DNA from: an uncultured Eubacteriales bacterium
GTDB lineage: Bacteria; Bacillota; Clostridia; Oscillospirales; UBA644
Direction: 5' to 3'
DNA: 64,000 nt
NCBI GenBank assembly: GCA_934454405.1
Contig: CAKSFN010000009.1
Span: 30,323-94,322 of the forward strand
Shown here: in pieces, positions 27,772 to 36,793 of the stretch
Numbering within the stretch: the stretch's first letter is position 1
Layout: the number at the start of each line of letters is the position of its first letter
Program-made: the position numbers and the translations under genes
The notes under the pieces: model-generated
Told to the model about the DNA's origin: nothing
The model's database searches: none
The model's input: the letters and a program-made list of their open reading frames with translations, nothing else

Positions 27772-28740
27772 ATGGGATTCAAAGTCAGAAATGAAGTCGT
27801 TGCGGAAAAGACCGCAATGAGAGACGCTTTCTGCCAGACCCTTATCGAACTGGCAAAGAAAGATGATAGGATCTGCCTTCTTGACGCAGACCTTATGGGT
27901 GCAATGGGAACAAAACCCTTTGCAAAGGAACTTCCCGAAAGAACCGTTGACTGCGGTATTCAGGAAGCAAATATGATAGGTGTTGCGGCAGGTCTTTCCG
28001 CAGAGGGAAAAATCCCGTTCGCTCACACGTTCGGTATCTTCGCAACAAGAAGAGCCTGCGACCAGATATTCGTATCCTGCGCTTATGCGGGACGTACCGT
28101 TAAAATAATCGGCTCCGATCCCGGCGTTACCGCAGCTCTCAACGGCGGTACTCACATGCCGTTTGAAGACCTCGGAATAATGAGAGGTATGCCCGAAGTA
28201 ACCGTTATCGAGCCGACCGACGTAACCATGCTCAAAGATCTTCTTCCGAAGATAGCAGCCAAGCCCGGCGTTGACTATCTGCGTCTTGTAAGAAAATCCT
28301 GCGAGGCTATATACGAAGAGGGTTCTACCTTTGAAATAGGCAAAGCGAATGTTCTGCGCGAGGGTAACGATGTCGCAATTATCGCAATGGGTTACTGTGT
28401 GGGACAGGCGCTTATCGCAGCAAAAGAGCTTGAAGAAAAGGGTATCAAAGCGACAGTTATAGATATGTTCACTTTGAAGCCGCTTGACAGACAGGCTGTT
28501 ATCGACGCCGCAAAGAAGACCGGCACTGTCGTTACCGTTGAAAACCACTATGTCAACAACGGTCTCGGTTCCGCCGTTGCGGAAGTTCTCTGCGAAGAAT
28601 GCCCGACGCCGCTTATCAGACTCGGTTCTCAGGATAAGTTCGGTGAGGTCGGCAGCCGTGACTTCCTTGCCGCAAAGTTCGGTATAAATGCCGAGGCTAT
28701 TGTCAAGGCTGCTGAAAAAGCGGTTGCAAACAAGAAATAA
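27772..28740 (+). CDS. Transketolase, C-terminal (pyrimidine-binding) subunit
   Basis: MGFKVRNEVVAEKTAMRDAF..., GIQEANMIGVAAGLS, and a C-terminal transketolase domain. It starts 2 nt after the upstream stop. Confidence 0.9.
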   Translation: MGFKVRNEVVAEKTAMRDAFCQTLIELAKKDDRICLLDADLMGAMGTKPFAKELPERTVDCGIQEANMIGVAAGLSAEGKIPFAHTFGIFATRRACDQIFVSCAYAGRTVKIIGSDPGVTAALNGGTHMPFEDLGIMRGMPEVTVIEPTDVTMLKDLLPKIAAKPGVDYLRLVRKSCEAIYEEGSTFEIGKANVLREGNDVAIIAMGYCVGQALIAAKELEEKGIKATVIDMFTLKPLDRQAVIDAAKKTGTVVTVENHYVNNGLGSAVAEVLCEECPTPLIRLGSQDKFGEVGSRDFLAAKFGINAEAIVKAAEKAVANKK

Positions 28741-28809
28741 ATCTGCATTTTATTATAACGATACAGCGTGTGCCGAGTCACACGCTGTATCAACGAAGAG
28801 GTAATCTGT

Positions 28810-29925
28810 ATGAAATCTTTCAGAATAGTTCCCGAAATCAAGATGTGCGATACGTTCGATGAGTTTATCGCGAATTTCGGGCTTAACGAAAGAGACCTTA
28901 TTTTGACGGACGGTTTTCTTCGCGATAATTTCGTTACCCCGAAAAATCTGCCGTGTCACGTTGTCGCGCAGGATGATTTCGGCGGAGGCGAGCCGTCTTC
29001 AACAAAAGTGAACGCCATATTGAAAGAGGTTTCGAAGTTTGATTATGACCGCGTTATCGCGATAGGCGGCGGCACGGCGATAGATATTTCGAAAATACTT
29101 TCGCTTGACGGCGTTGACGACCTGCTTGCCGTTTTTAAGGGCGAAAAACCCGCTGTCAGAAAAAGAAAACTCGTTATTATTCCCACCACTTGCGGCACGG
29201 GAAGCGAAGTGACGAATATTTCGATAGTTGCTTTTGAGGAATTGAACACGAAGTTCGGACTTGCAAAAGACGAACTTTATGCGGACACGGCGGTGCTTTG
29301 CCCCGAATTCCTGAAAGGGCTTCCGTATAAAGTATTTATTTTCAGTTCCGTTGACGCGCTTATACATGCGATAGAAAGTTATCTTTCTCCGAAAGCAAGC
29401 GATATTTCGCGTTTCTTCTCCGTTGAGGCGATAAAACGTATTCTCGGCGGTTATGTTGAAATGCGTGAGAAGGGCGCGGAACACAGAAAAGAAATCATGG
29501 ATTCGTTTGTCCTTGGCAGTACCTATGCGGGTGTTGCATTCGGAAACGCGGGGTGCGGACTTGTTCATGCAATGTCTTATCCGCTCAGCGGAGAGTATCA
29601 TATCGCGCACGGCGAGGCAAACCACAAAATGCTTATGAGCGTGCTTCATTATTACGATAATGCGCTCCCGAACGGCGATATAAAGAGCCTTTATTCGCTG
29701 TTTGCCGAAATCCTCGGCTGCGACGAAAAAGATGCGCTCAATGAATTTGAAACGCTTTTCAATTCGCTGATAGAAAGAAAACCGCTGTCCGCTTACGGCG
29801 CAGACGAAGCAAAACTCAAAGAGTTTGCCGCACAGGTCGTCAAAACTCAACAGAGACTGCTTGCGAATGCGTATGTTCCGACAAGTGAAGAACAAATGGC
29901 AGAGATTTACAGACCCGTTCTGTAA
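28810..29925 (+). CDS. Iron-containing alcohol dehydrogenase of the 4-hydroxybutyrate dehydrogenase type
   Basis: It is collinear with Clostridium kluyveri 4HbD as recalled (IAIGGGTAIDISKILSL, IIPTTCGTGSEVTN, PEFLKGLPYKVF, HAMSYPLSGEYHIAHGEAN). GAAGAGG precedes ATG 28810. Confidence 0.8.
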   Translation: MKSFRIVPEIKMCDTFDEFIANFGLNERDLILTDGFLRDNFVTPKNLPCHVVAQDDFGGGEPSSTKVNAILKEVSKFDYDRVIAIGGGTAIDISKILSLDGVDDLLAVFKGEKPAVRKRKLVIIPTTCGTGSEVTNISIVAFEELNTKFGLAKDELYADTAVLCPEFLKGLPYKVFIFSSVDALIHAIESYLSPKASDISRFFSVEAIKRILGGYVEMREKGAEHRKEIMDSFVLGSTYAGVAFGNAGCGLVHAMSYPLSGEYHIAHGEANHKMLMSVLHYYDNALPNGDIKSLYSLFAEILGCDEKDALNEFETLFNSLIERKPLSAYGADEAKLKEFAAQVVKTQQRLLANAYVPTSEEQMAEIYRPVL

Positions 29926-29955
29926 ACGTATTTATATAAGAAAGAGATGAACGGT

Positions 29956-30987
29956 ATGAAAGCCATAAGAAAACTTAAAGAGGGCGCGGGCTTTGTCGAA
30001 ATGTGCGATATTCCCGAGCCGAAATGCGGAAAAACCGATGTCAAAATAAAGGTTGAAGCAGTCGGAATCTGCGGAACCGACATTAAAATAGAACACGGCA
30101 CAACATGGTCGAATCCTCCCGTAACGCTCGGTCACGAACTCAGCGGCGTTGTTGCGGAAGTCGGCGAAGATGTAAAAAGCGTCAAAGTCGGCGACAGAGT
30201 TGTTACCGAAACCGGCAACATTGTTTGCGGACATTGCTACTATTGCAATACCGGTAACTTCCTTATGTGTAAGGACAGACTTTCGATAGGCTACGGCTGT
30301 GACGGCGGTATGGCGCAGTATTGCGTTGTCCGTGAGGCTATTATACATAAGCTTCCCGATTCCATTCCGTTTGATGCAGGTTCTCTTTGCGAGCCCGCCG
30401 CAGTTTCCGTTCACGCCGTTTACGACGCTGTTCCCGTTATCCCGACCGATGTTGTCGTTGTAGAGGGCTGCGGTGCGATAGGTCTTCTTGTTGCTCAGCT
30501 TGTAAAGGGCTTCGGTGCGACCGTTATCATAACGGGACTTACAAATGACGCTCTTCGCCTTGAAACTGCCAAGAAACTCGGTATCGACTATGCCGTTGAT
30601 ATTCAAAAAGAGGATGTTGCTGCGCTTGTTGACAAACTTACAGGTGGTATGGGAGCGGATATCGTTTACGAATGCTCCGGCGCAAAGGCAAGTATCCGTC
30701 TCGGTATGTCGCTTTTGAAGAGAATGGGTGCGCTTGTTCAGATAGGTCTGACAGCAAAAGATGTTGAGATTGAATACTCACTTCTTACGGCGCGTCAAAT
30801 CAAACTTGTCGGCACATTCGGTCATAAATGGCAGAGTTGGGATACTGCGCTCAAACTTATGCAGCAGGGCAAACTCAACTGTGACGCTCTTATAACCCAT
30901 CGTTTCAAAATGGATGATTGGAAAGAAGCGTTCGGAGTTGCCGACCGTGCAGAGGGTATCAAGGTCGTAATTTTCCCGAATAAGTAA
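29956..30987 (+). CDS. Zinc-dependent medium-chain alcohol/polyol dehydrogenase (sorbitol/threonine DH-like)
   Basis: GICGTDIKIEHG, GHELSGVV, structural-Zn Cys cluster CGHCYYCNTGNFLMC and Rossmann motif VEGCGAIGL. The start could be 29947. Confidence 0.9.
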   Translation: MKAIRKLKEGAGFVEMCDIPEPKCGKTDVKIKVEAVGICGTDIKIEHGTTWSNPPVTLGHELSGVVAEVGEDVKSVKVGDRVVTETGNIVCGHCYYCNTGNFLMCKDRLSIGYGCDGGMAQYCVVREAIIHKLPDSIPFDAGSLCEPAAVSVHAVYDAVPVIPTDVVVVEGCGAIGLLVAQLVKGFGATVIITGLTNDALRLETAKKLGIDYAVDIQKEDVAALVDKLTGGMGADIVYECSGAKASIRLGMSLLKRMGALVQIGLTAKDVEIEYSLLTARQIKLVGTFGHKWQSWDTALKLMQQGKLNCDALITHRFKMDDWKEAFGVADRAEGIKVVIFPNK

Positions 30988-31030
30988 TTAAAAAGGGTAG
31001 GCTGCGTATTTTTCAGCTTATATATAAGAA

Positions 31031-31064
31031 AATCCCCCGTCGCTCAAAACGAGCGGCGGGGATT
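31031..31064. terminator. Hairpin terminator between the convergent Zn-ADH and GNAT genes
   Basis: aatcccccgtcgctc / gagcggcggggatt gives a stem of about 13 bp with one bulge. The U-tract is on the reverse-strand side. Confidence 0.6.
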
Positions 31065-31090
31065 TGCGCTTATTTGTAAGAAATCTCTGT

Positions 31091-32113
31091 TCAGAATTTC
31101 AGTTCAAAAATTCCGCCGTCGAAAAATATCGGTTCTCCGTTTTCGTCCTTATAAAACGACACTTTTTCCGTGCCGACATTTTTGAAGCCGAGCGCGGACA
31201 ACAGGTGAACGGACGGCGTGTTGTTTATTGCCGTTCCAGCAAAAAACGTTCGTACACCGTGTTCTTTGAACTGCTTGATTAAGGCAGAGAGGCTTTCTTT
31301 TGCGTACCCATTGCCGTGATACGCGGAGTTGAAAGCGTATCCTATTTCATATCCGTTTTCACGAGCGTTGAACGCCGCATAACCGATAACTTTTTCACCG
31401 AGAAGTATTGAAAAAAACTGATGTTCGACGTTGTTGTTTGCCTGCGCCCACCGCGCTATTCTTTGTTTGACATCTTCTTCGTTCGTTGAGTGCGGTACAT
31501 CGTATTGTGCGTACGGAGATTTTGAAAAGTCAATCCATATTTCGCGAATGTCGCGCCAATCGTCTGCGGCGGTTTTTCTTATCGTAAGGCGATTCGTTTT
31601 TACCCGAATATCAATGTTGCGAAGACTTTCGAGCATCTCAAATCTTTCTTTTGATATTTTGTAATATCGGAAAATGCCCTCTTCTTTTATGAATTCAAAT
31701 CCGACTTTTTCAAGAACGTGTTGGCTTCGTTTGTTTTTCAAAACAGCATCTGCGAAGACTGTTTCAAGTCCGAGGTCTCCGAACGCATATTGTAACATAA
31801 GTCTTTCCGCAAGAGTTCCGTAACCTTTGTTTTTACAGCGGTCGTTTTGCAGGTGAACAGACAATTCTCCGCGCTTTTCTGCTGTATTTATATGCTTAAT
31901 GCATATTTCTCCGATAGGGCGTCCTGCTTCTGTGATGATGAATGCTTTGCGTGTGGTATCCGCAGATATCCTTTCAAAGTATGCATTCACTTTTTCTTCA
32001 TCATAACGGTATTCGGAAAACTTTGACATATCCATATAAATATCGGAATCGCTCTCAAAGTCTTTGAAATACTCTCTTATCAAATCTTGTGTGATTTTTT
32101 TTAATTCAATCAT
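31091..32113 (-). CDS. Tandem-GNAT N-acetyltransferase (two RimJ/RimL-like acetyltransferase domains)
   Basis: 340 aa with two GNAT cores (NKGYGTLAERLMLQYAF...LEKVGF and GNGYAKESLSALIKQF...LLSALGF). Confidence 0.8.
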   Translation of the reverse strand: MIELKKITQDLIREYFKDFESDSDIYMDMSKFSEYRYDEEKVNAYFERISADTTRKAFIITEAGRPIGEICIKHINTAEKRGELSVHLQNDRCKNKGYGTLAERLMLQYAFGDLGLETVFADAVLKNKRSQHVLEKVGFEFIKEEGIFRYYKISKERFEMLESLRNIDIRVKTNRLTIRKTAADDWRDIREIWIDFSKSPYAQYDVPHSTNEEDVKQRIARWAQANNNVEHQFFSILLGEKVIGYAAFNARENGYEIGYAFNSAYHGNGYAKESLSALIKQFKEHGVRTFFAGTAINNTPSVHLLSALGFKNVGTEKVSFYKDENGEPIFFDGGIFELKF

Positions 32114-32552
32114 TTTTCAGTGTCCTGAACATTTTTATATGTTCAATTCCCGCTTCTTCGTAGACATTGCCTTCTGTGACAAATCCCATGATTTCATAAA
32201 ATTTACGGGCGTGCGCCTGCGCGCTTATTTCCACCGTGTCGGCGTCAAAGACGTCTTTTGCGGCTTGCAGCGCGGCTTTTACCACCGCCGCCCCGAGTCC
32301 TTGTCTGCGTTTTGCCGCAACGATGCGTCCGAAAGAAACTTCATCGTGCAAAACGCCTTTCGGCAACATTCGCAGACACGCTTCCGTGCCGTTTTCGTCG
32401 GTCAGAAAAATGTGATATGCAACCTTATCAAATCCGTCAAGGTCGGGTTCGGAACATCTCTGTTCAAACGTGAAAACACGTTCTCGGAGTTGAAGTATGC
32501 CGTAAAGTTCTTCGGGGGTGAGTTCGTTAAAATGTTTGACCGTTGCTTTCAT
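32106..32552 (-). CDS. elaA: GNAT acetyltransferase, ElaA family
   Basis: 148 aa. ELTPEELYGILQLRERVFTFEQRC...GRIVAAKRRQGLGAAV...AQAHARKFYEIMGF is collinear with E. coli ElaA as recalled. Confidence 0.8.
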   Translation of the reverse strand: MKATVKHFNELTPEELYGILQLRERVFTFEQRCSEPDLDGFDKVAYHIFLTDENGTEACLRMLPKGVLHDEVSFGRIVAAKRRQGLGAAVVKAALQAAKDVFDADTVEISAQAHARKFYEIMGFVTEGNVYEEAGIEHIKMFRTLKND

Positions 32553-34312
32553 CTTTGTTCTTTCGGTTTTTCCTTTGCGGTTACAACCGCAGTTGTGTAG
32601 TTTACGTATATAACTTTTCCGGGGCGCGCGCCGCTCGGCTTTTTAACGTTTTTGACTTCCGTATAATCGACTTCGACCTTTGCGCCCGCATCTGCGGAAC
32701 TGAATGTCGCAGCAAGCACGGCTGCTTCTTCAAGCGTTGAATCGGGCGGCGTCTTTCCGTCCGTCACCACAACTACATGGCTTCCCGCATAGTTTTTGAT
32801 ATGGAACCAAATATCGTGCTTGTCTGCAATTTTCAGCGTCAAAGCGTCGTTTTGGAGATTGTTTTTGCCTACAAGAATTGTGAAGCCGTCGGTGGACTTG
32901 TATTCGGAAGGTTTGCAGGTCTCGGTTTTTTTCTGCTTTTGAAATTTTTGCTTTCCTCGCTGTTTTGCATAGCCCTGTTCTGACAACTCTCTGCGTATTT
33001 GTCCGAGTTCCGCAACGGAATCGGCATTTTCCACCGAACTGCGGACGGATTCGAGGTATTCTATCTCCGAAAGCGCTTCGGGAATCTGTTCCGCAAGCAT
33101 TTTTTTTGCCGTTTGCGCCTTTTTGTAAAGTTTATAATACTTCTGCGCGTTTGCGGTGGGAGAAAGCCTCGGGTCGAGCTCCACGGTGCATTCAGTCGGC
33201 TCTTCCGCATAATAATCCACAAGACGCGCCGTTTTTTCTCCGCCTTTAAGCAGATACATATTCGAGGTTATAATATCGCCGTAACGCTTGAATATGTCGG
33301 CTTTTTCACATTCTTTCAGTTCGCCCCGCTGCGCTTCGACCTTGCGGCTCAAACGGGAAATGACGGTTGCTATAAGCCTTGTCATATCCGAGGACGAACG
33401 CTTGATATGCTCCGCCGCCGCTTTGACGGAAAAATATCTTTCCACGGCTTCGGACGCGCTTATTTCGCATATCTTTTTTGCCGCCGAACCGTACTGCTCT
33501 ATGTCAAAACAATAGTATTCAAGCGGCTTGTCGGAGTAAAGAAAAACGGGAGAAAAACGCTCGCTTTTAATATTATCGCGTAATTCGGTCAAAAATCCGA
33601 CGAGTTTTTCAAACTCCCCGTCCGAAAGAGACGCGATGTCCGTGTCCGTCGCGCCCTTGCACCTGAACGCCGCTTCGCGTCCGAGCAGGGGAGCGACACC
33701 GAGAAATTTTTCGCATATACGCTTGTCTATGCGCCCCGCACGTTCCCTTTCAAGCGTGCTTTTGATGTCTGCCGAAAGCAGATCTTCTTTGTCCTGTGAC
33801 GGCGGAAGCGTATAAGTCAGCCCCGGGAGAATCTGTCTTTTCTCCGATGACGAAAAATCCACCTGATGAACCGCATCGTAAATTTTGCCGTTCTCGTCCG
33901 TGAAAACTATATTGCTGCAACGCCCCATGATTTCTATCGTGAGACGGTTGGTCACGGTTTCGTAAAGCTCCGTGCTGCATTCAAAATCAAGATGAAGCAC
34001 TCTTTCAAGCCCCGGCTGTGACGCTCCGATAAACTTCGCGCCCGTCATCCTTTTGCGCAGAAGCATACAGAAATTCGGCGCGACAGGAGGATTCTCTTTT
34101 TTCGTCTGCGTCAGGTGTATTCGCGCCTGCGAGGGGTTGGAGGAGATCAAAAGCGTTCTGTTGACGTTGCATTTGTTTGTCTTGTCAAACGCTCTGAATC
34201 TTATATTTATTTCGTCGCGCTCGGGCTGGGTTATCTTATCAACCTTGCCGCCCTCAAGTTTTTCGTTCAATTCCGCGCAAATGCTGCGGAGCATTATTCC
34301 GTCAAAAGCCAT
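32549..34312 (-). CDS. rqcH: Ribosome quality control protein RqcH (NFACT/FbpA family)
   Basis: 587 aa with an MAFDGIMLRSICAELNEKLEGGKVDKITQPERDEI NFACT-N domain, a coiled-coil middle and a C-terminal NFACT-R (WFHIKNYAGSHVVV). Confidence 0.9.
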   Translation of the reverse strand: MAFDGIMLRSICAELNEKLEGGKVDKITQPERDEINIRFRAFDKTNKCNVNRTLLISSNPSQARIHLTQTKKENPPVAPNFCMLLRKRMTGAKFIGASQPGLERVLHLDFECSTELYETVTNRLTIEIMGRCSNIVFTDENGKIYDAVHQVDFSSSEKRQILPGLTYTLPPSQDKEDLLSADIKSTLERERAGRIDKRICEKFLGVAPLLGREAAFRCKGATDTDIASLSDGEFEKLVGFLTELRDNIKSERFSPVFLYSDKPLEYYCFDIEQYGSAAKKICEISASEAVERYFSVKAAAEHIKRSSSDMTRLIATVISRLSRKVEAQRGELKECEKADIFKRYGDIITSNMYLLKGGEKTARLVDYYAEEPTECTVELDPRLSPTANAQKYYKLYKKAQTAKKMLAEQIPEALSEIEYLESVRSSVENADSVAELGQIRRELSEQGYAKQRGKQKFQKQKKTETCKPSEYKSTDGFTILVGKNNLQNDALTLKIADKHDIWFHIKNYAGSHVVVVTDGKTPPDSTLEEAAVLAATFSSADAGAKVEVDYTEVKNVKKPSGARPGKVIYVNYTTAVVTAKEKPKEQR

Positions 34313-34313
34313 A

Positions 34314-35078
34314 TTACACCGTTAAAATGCTGTCCCCGTGAACCGAGGAAACTTCAAATTTTACATCGGGAAGCCTTTCCGAGAGTTTGTCCCGAAGAGC
34401 CTGTACAACGGGATTTTCCGTTGCGAAGTGTCCTGCGTCGATAAGGTTTATTCCGATATTTTTCGCGTCGAGGAACTGATGATATTTCACATCTCCCGTC
34501 ACGAATGTATCCGCGCCCGCTTTGAGCGCGTTTTCAATGTCGTCCGCTCCCGCGCCGCCGATAACAGCAACTTTTTTGACCGCTTTTTCCGCGTCCGCGT
34601 ATCTGACGCAGTTTGCCGTCAGCGCGTGTTTCACTTTAATCGCATAATTGTGTATGTCCGTTGCCCTCGGAAGTGTTCCCATTCTGCCTATCGGAAGTCC
34701 CTCTCCGTCATACAATATTTCAATATCGCCTTCGACGCCGACGAGCCGTATAAGCAGGTCGTTGACGCCGCCGTTTGCGCAGTCAAGGTTTGTGTGAGCG
34801 CAAATCGCACAAAGCCCGTTTTTCATCAGTCCGTAAACGGGGTTTTCGGGGTGAATGCTTTTCAGGGGTCTGAAAATAACGGGGTGATGGGAAATTATCA
34901 TCTGTGCGCCTATCGCTTTCGCTTCGTTTATGACTTCGGGCGTGATGTCAAGGCTGACAAGAGCAAAGTTTATATCGGCATTTTCGTCGCCGACAAGAAA
35001 TCCGGGATTATCGTATGATGCGTGAACTTCAAACGGCGCGATCTCATCTATCGCCTTGTATATTTCTCTTGCTTTCAT
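34314..35078 (-). CDS. Nif3-like dinuclear metal centre protein (YqfO family)
   Basis: ISHHPVIFRPLK and the HTNLD motif. ATGA overlap with trmK, which is the same yqfN-yqfO synteny as B. subtilis. Confidence 0.88.
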   Translation of the reverse strand: MKAREIYKAIDEIAPFEVHASYDNPGFLVGDENADINFALVSLDITPEVINEAKAIGAQMIISHHPVIFRPLKSIHPENPVYGLMKNGLCAICAHTNLDCANGGVNDLLIRLVGVEGDIEILYDGEGLPIGRMGTLPRATDIHNYAIKVKHALTANCVRYADAEKAVKKVAVIGGAGADDIENALKAGADTFVTGDVKYHQFLDAKNIGINLIDAGHFATENPVVQALRDKLSERLPDVKFEVSSVHGDSILTV

Positions 35079-35755
35079 ATCTCTTTTTCCAACCTCTCGC
35101 ATATTTTTCTTTGTTCCGCTATGGACTCTTCGTCTTTGTTCTCTGCTTTTTCAAGTCCGTTCAACCTCTTTTTGACCGCTTGCAGAACCTTTTCTTTGTA
35201 TTTTACCGCATCCGAATCCTTCTTTGCAAGCAGGGGAGCGGAAATATATATTTCAACGGCTTCCGTCGGCTGTATTTGCTCCGACTTTACCGCTCTGATA
35301 ACGCTGTAAATACGCTTGTCTTCGCTTACCGCAACTTCATCTTCGATAAAAAAATTGTTGTTGTAAAGGAACTTTCTCAATTCCTCCGCTTTTGACATCG
35401 GTTGCAGTATCACGGTTTGCCCGACGGGCAGGGGTTTTTCCTGCAATATCTGCGCGATTGTTTCGCCGCCCATTCCCGCAATCGTTATGACGTCGCAGCT
35501 TTCGTTTATGCTTTTCAGACCGTCGCTCAAAACGGTCGCTATCCTGTCAGTTTTTCCGAGGTGCTTTTCTATGTATTCTTCCGCCCTGCTCAAAGGACCT
35601 TTTGCGATGTCGGCGGCGATACATTTTTTGCATTTGTTTTCCGATATAAGAAATATTGGCAGATATGCGTGATCCGTGCCTATGTCGGCAACCGTTCCAC
35701 GGTTTTCTATCATATCCGCAATGCATTGAAGTCTCGGTGTCAATGTCGGTTTCAT
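35075..35755 (-). CDS. trmK: tRNA (adenine22-N1)-methyltransferase TrmK
   Basis: LTPRLQCIADMIENRGTVADIGTDHAYLPIFL...ITIAGMGG is collinear with B. subtilis YqfN. Confidence 0.9.
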   Translation of the reverse strand: MKPTLTPRLQCIADMIENRGTVADIGTDHAYLPIFLISENKCKKCIAADIAKGPLSRAEEYIEKHLGKTDRIATVLSDGLKSINESCDVITIAGMGGETIAQILQEKPLPVGQTVILQPMSKAEELRKFLYNNNFFIEDEVAVSEDKRIYSVIRAVKSEQIQPTEAVEIYISAPLLAKKDSDAVKYKEKVLQAVKKRLNGLEKAENKDEESIAEQRKICERLEKEI

Positions 35756-35786
35756 AACTGTTTTGCCGCAAAAGGCGGCGCTTTCT

Positions 35787-36470
35787 TTATTTTTTCGCCT
35801 TTGAAATTTCGGTCACTGTCGCCGTTTTGTTTTCGACGCGAAAGCTTATCTCATATTCCGCGAAAGAGAACCCGTAAATTCTTGCAGCGTCATCCTGATA
35901 TGACGGACGCGGGTCTTCCGCAAGGATTTCTTTTATAACCGAAAGGATTTCGGGGTCAATGTCTTTTTTCGCGGCTTCGGGTATTTGTACGGCAAGTTCG
36001 TGATCTTTCTCTCTGTCGGAAAAGCCTCCGACGGCATTTTCAACCATATCCGCGTGCGGTATATACGGTTTTATATCATAGACAGGCGTTCCGTCCTTCA
36101 TATCAACGCCTCCGACGGTCAAGATAGTTCCGAGCTTTTCATCTTTTTCGATTTTTTCAAGTTTTACGCAGGAAAGTCCGATAGGATTCGGTCTGAACGG
36201 TGAACGCGTCGCAAAAACGCCGACACGGACATTTCCGCCGAGCCTCGGAGGACGCACCGTAGGACTGATTTTTTCCCTCTCGTTTTCCGAAAAACCCCAA
36301 ATCAGCCAAAGATGTGAAAACTCTTCTATTCCGCGTATGAAATCGGGGTCTCGGAACTCTTTTTCGAAGATTATCCGCCCTTTTAATCCGGGCACTCTTC
36401 CGCTTTGCCGGGGAATGCCGAATTTTTCGGGAAAATCGGTTTTTATATATGCGATGGGCTTTAATTCCAT
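35787..36470 (-). CDS. trmO: tRNA (t6A37-N6)-methyltransferase TrmO (TsaA/YaeB)
   Basis: IAYIKTDFPEKFGIPRQSG...FSHLWLIW...RPPRLGGN..VGVFATRSPFRPNPIG shows the YaeB signature. Confidence 0.9.
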   Translation of the reverse strand: MELKPIAYIKTDFPEKFGIPRQSGRVPGLKGRIIFEKEFRDPDFIRGIEEFSHLWLIWGFSENEREKISPTVRPPRLGGNVRVGVFATRSPFRPNPIGLSCVKLEKIEKDEKLGTILTVGGVDMKDGTPVYDIKPYIPHADMVENAVGGFSDREKDHELAVQIPEAAKKDIDPEILSVIKEILAEDPRPSYQDDAARIYGFSFAEYEISFRVENKTATVTEISKAKK

Positions 36471-36496
36471 AACAAAGCAACTTTCATATTAAAATA

Positions 36497-36530
36497 ACGG
36501 CGGACAGACGCTTTCTGCCCGCCGTTTTTT
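36497..36530. terminator. Hairpin terminator downstream of the DUF1858 gene
   Basis: acggcggacag (36497-36507) pairs with ctgcccgccgt (36515-36525) with one mismatch. T-runs lie on both sides. Confidence 0.6.
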
Positions 36531-36533
36531 CTT

Positions 36534-36725
36534 TTAGCCTATAACTTTATTGAGCGCTTCAACAAGCTCGTCAACGTCGATGCCGTGAACTTCGCTTGCG
36601 CACTCAATGCTTTCGCCTCTTGCGGAGGGACAGCCGAGACAATGCATGCCGAAAGCCATAAACGTCTGCGCGGTTTCGGGATGAGCGTCAAGAACTTCGC
36701 CTATAAGCATATCCTTGTCTATCAT
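36534..36725 (-). CDS. DUF1858 / hybrid-cluster-protein-associated redox disulfide domain protein
   Basis: 63 aa. MIDKDMLIGEVLDAHPETAQTFMAFGMHCLGCPSARGESIE is typical of this small family. Confidence 0.8.
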   Translation of the reverse strand: MIDKDMLIGEVLDAHPETAQTFMAFGMHCLGCPSARGESIECASEVHGIDVDELVEALNKVIG

Positions 36726-36793
36726 TATTTTTCCTCCTCTCGCGGGAGACCTTTCGGAAAGAGCCTTTCCTTTCGGTCGTCCGTGATTGTTTT

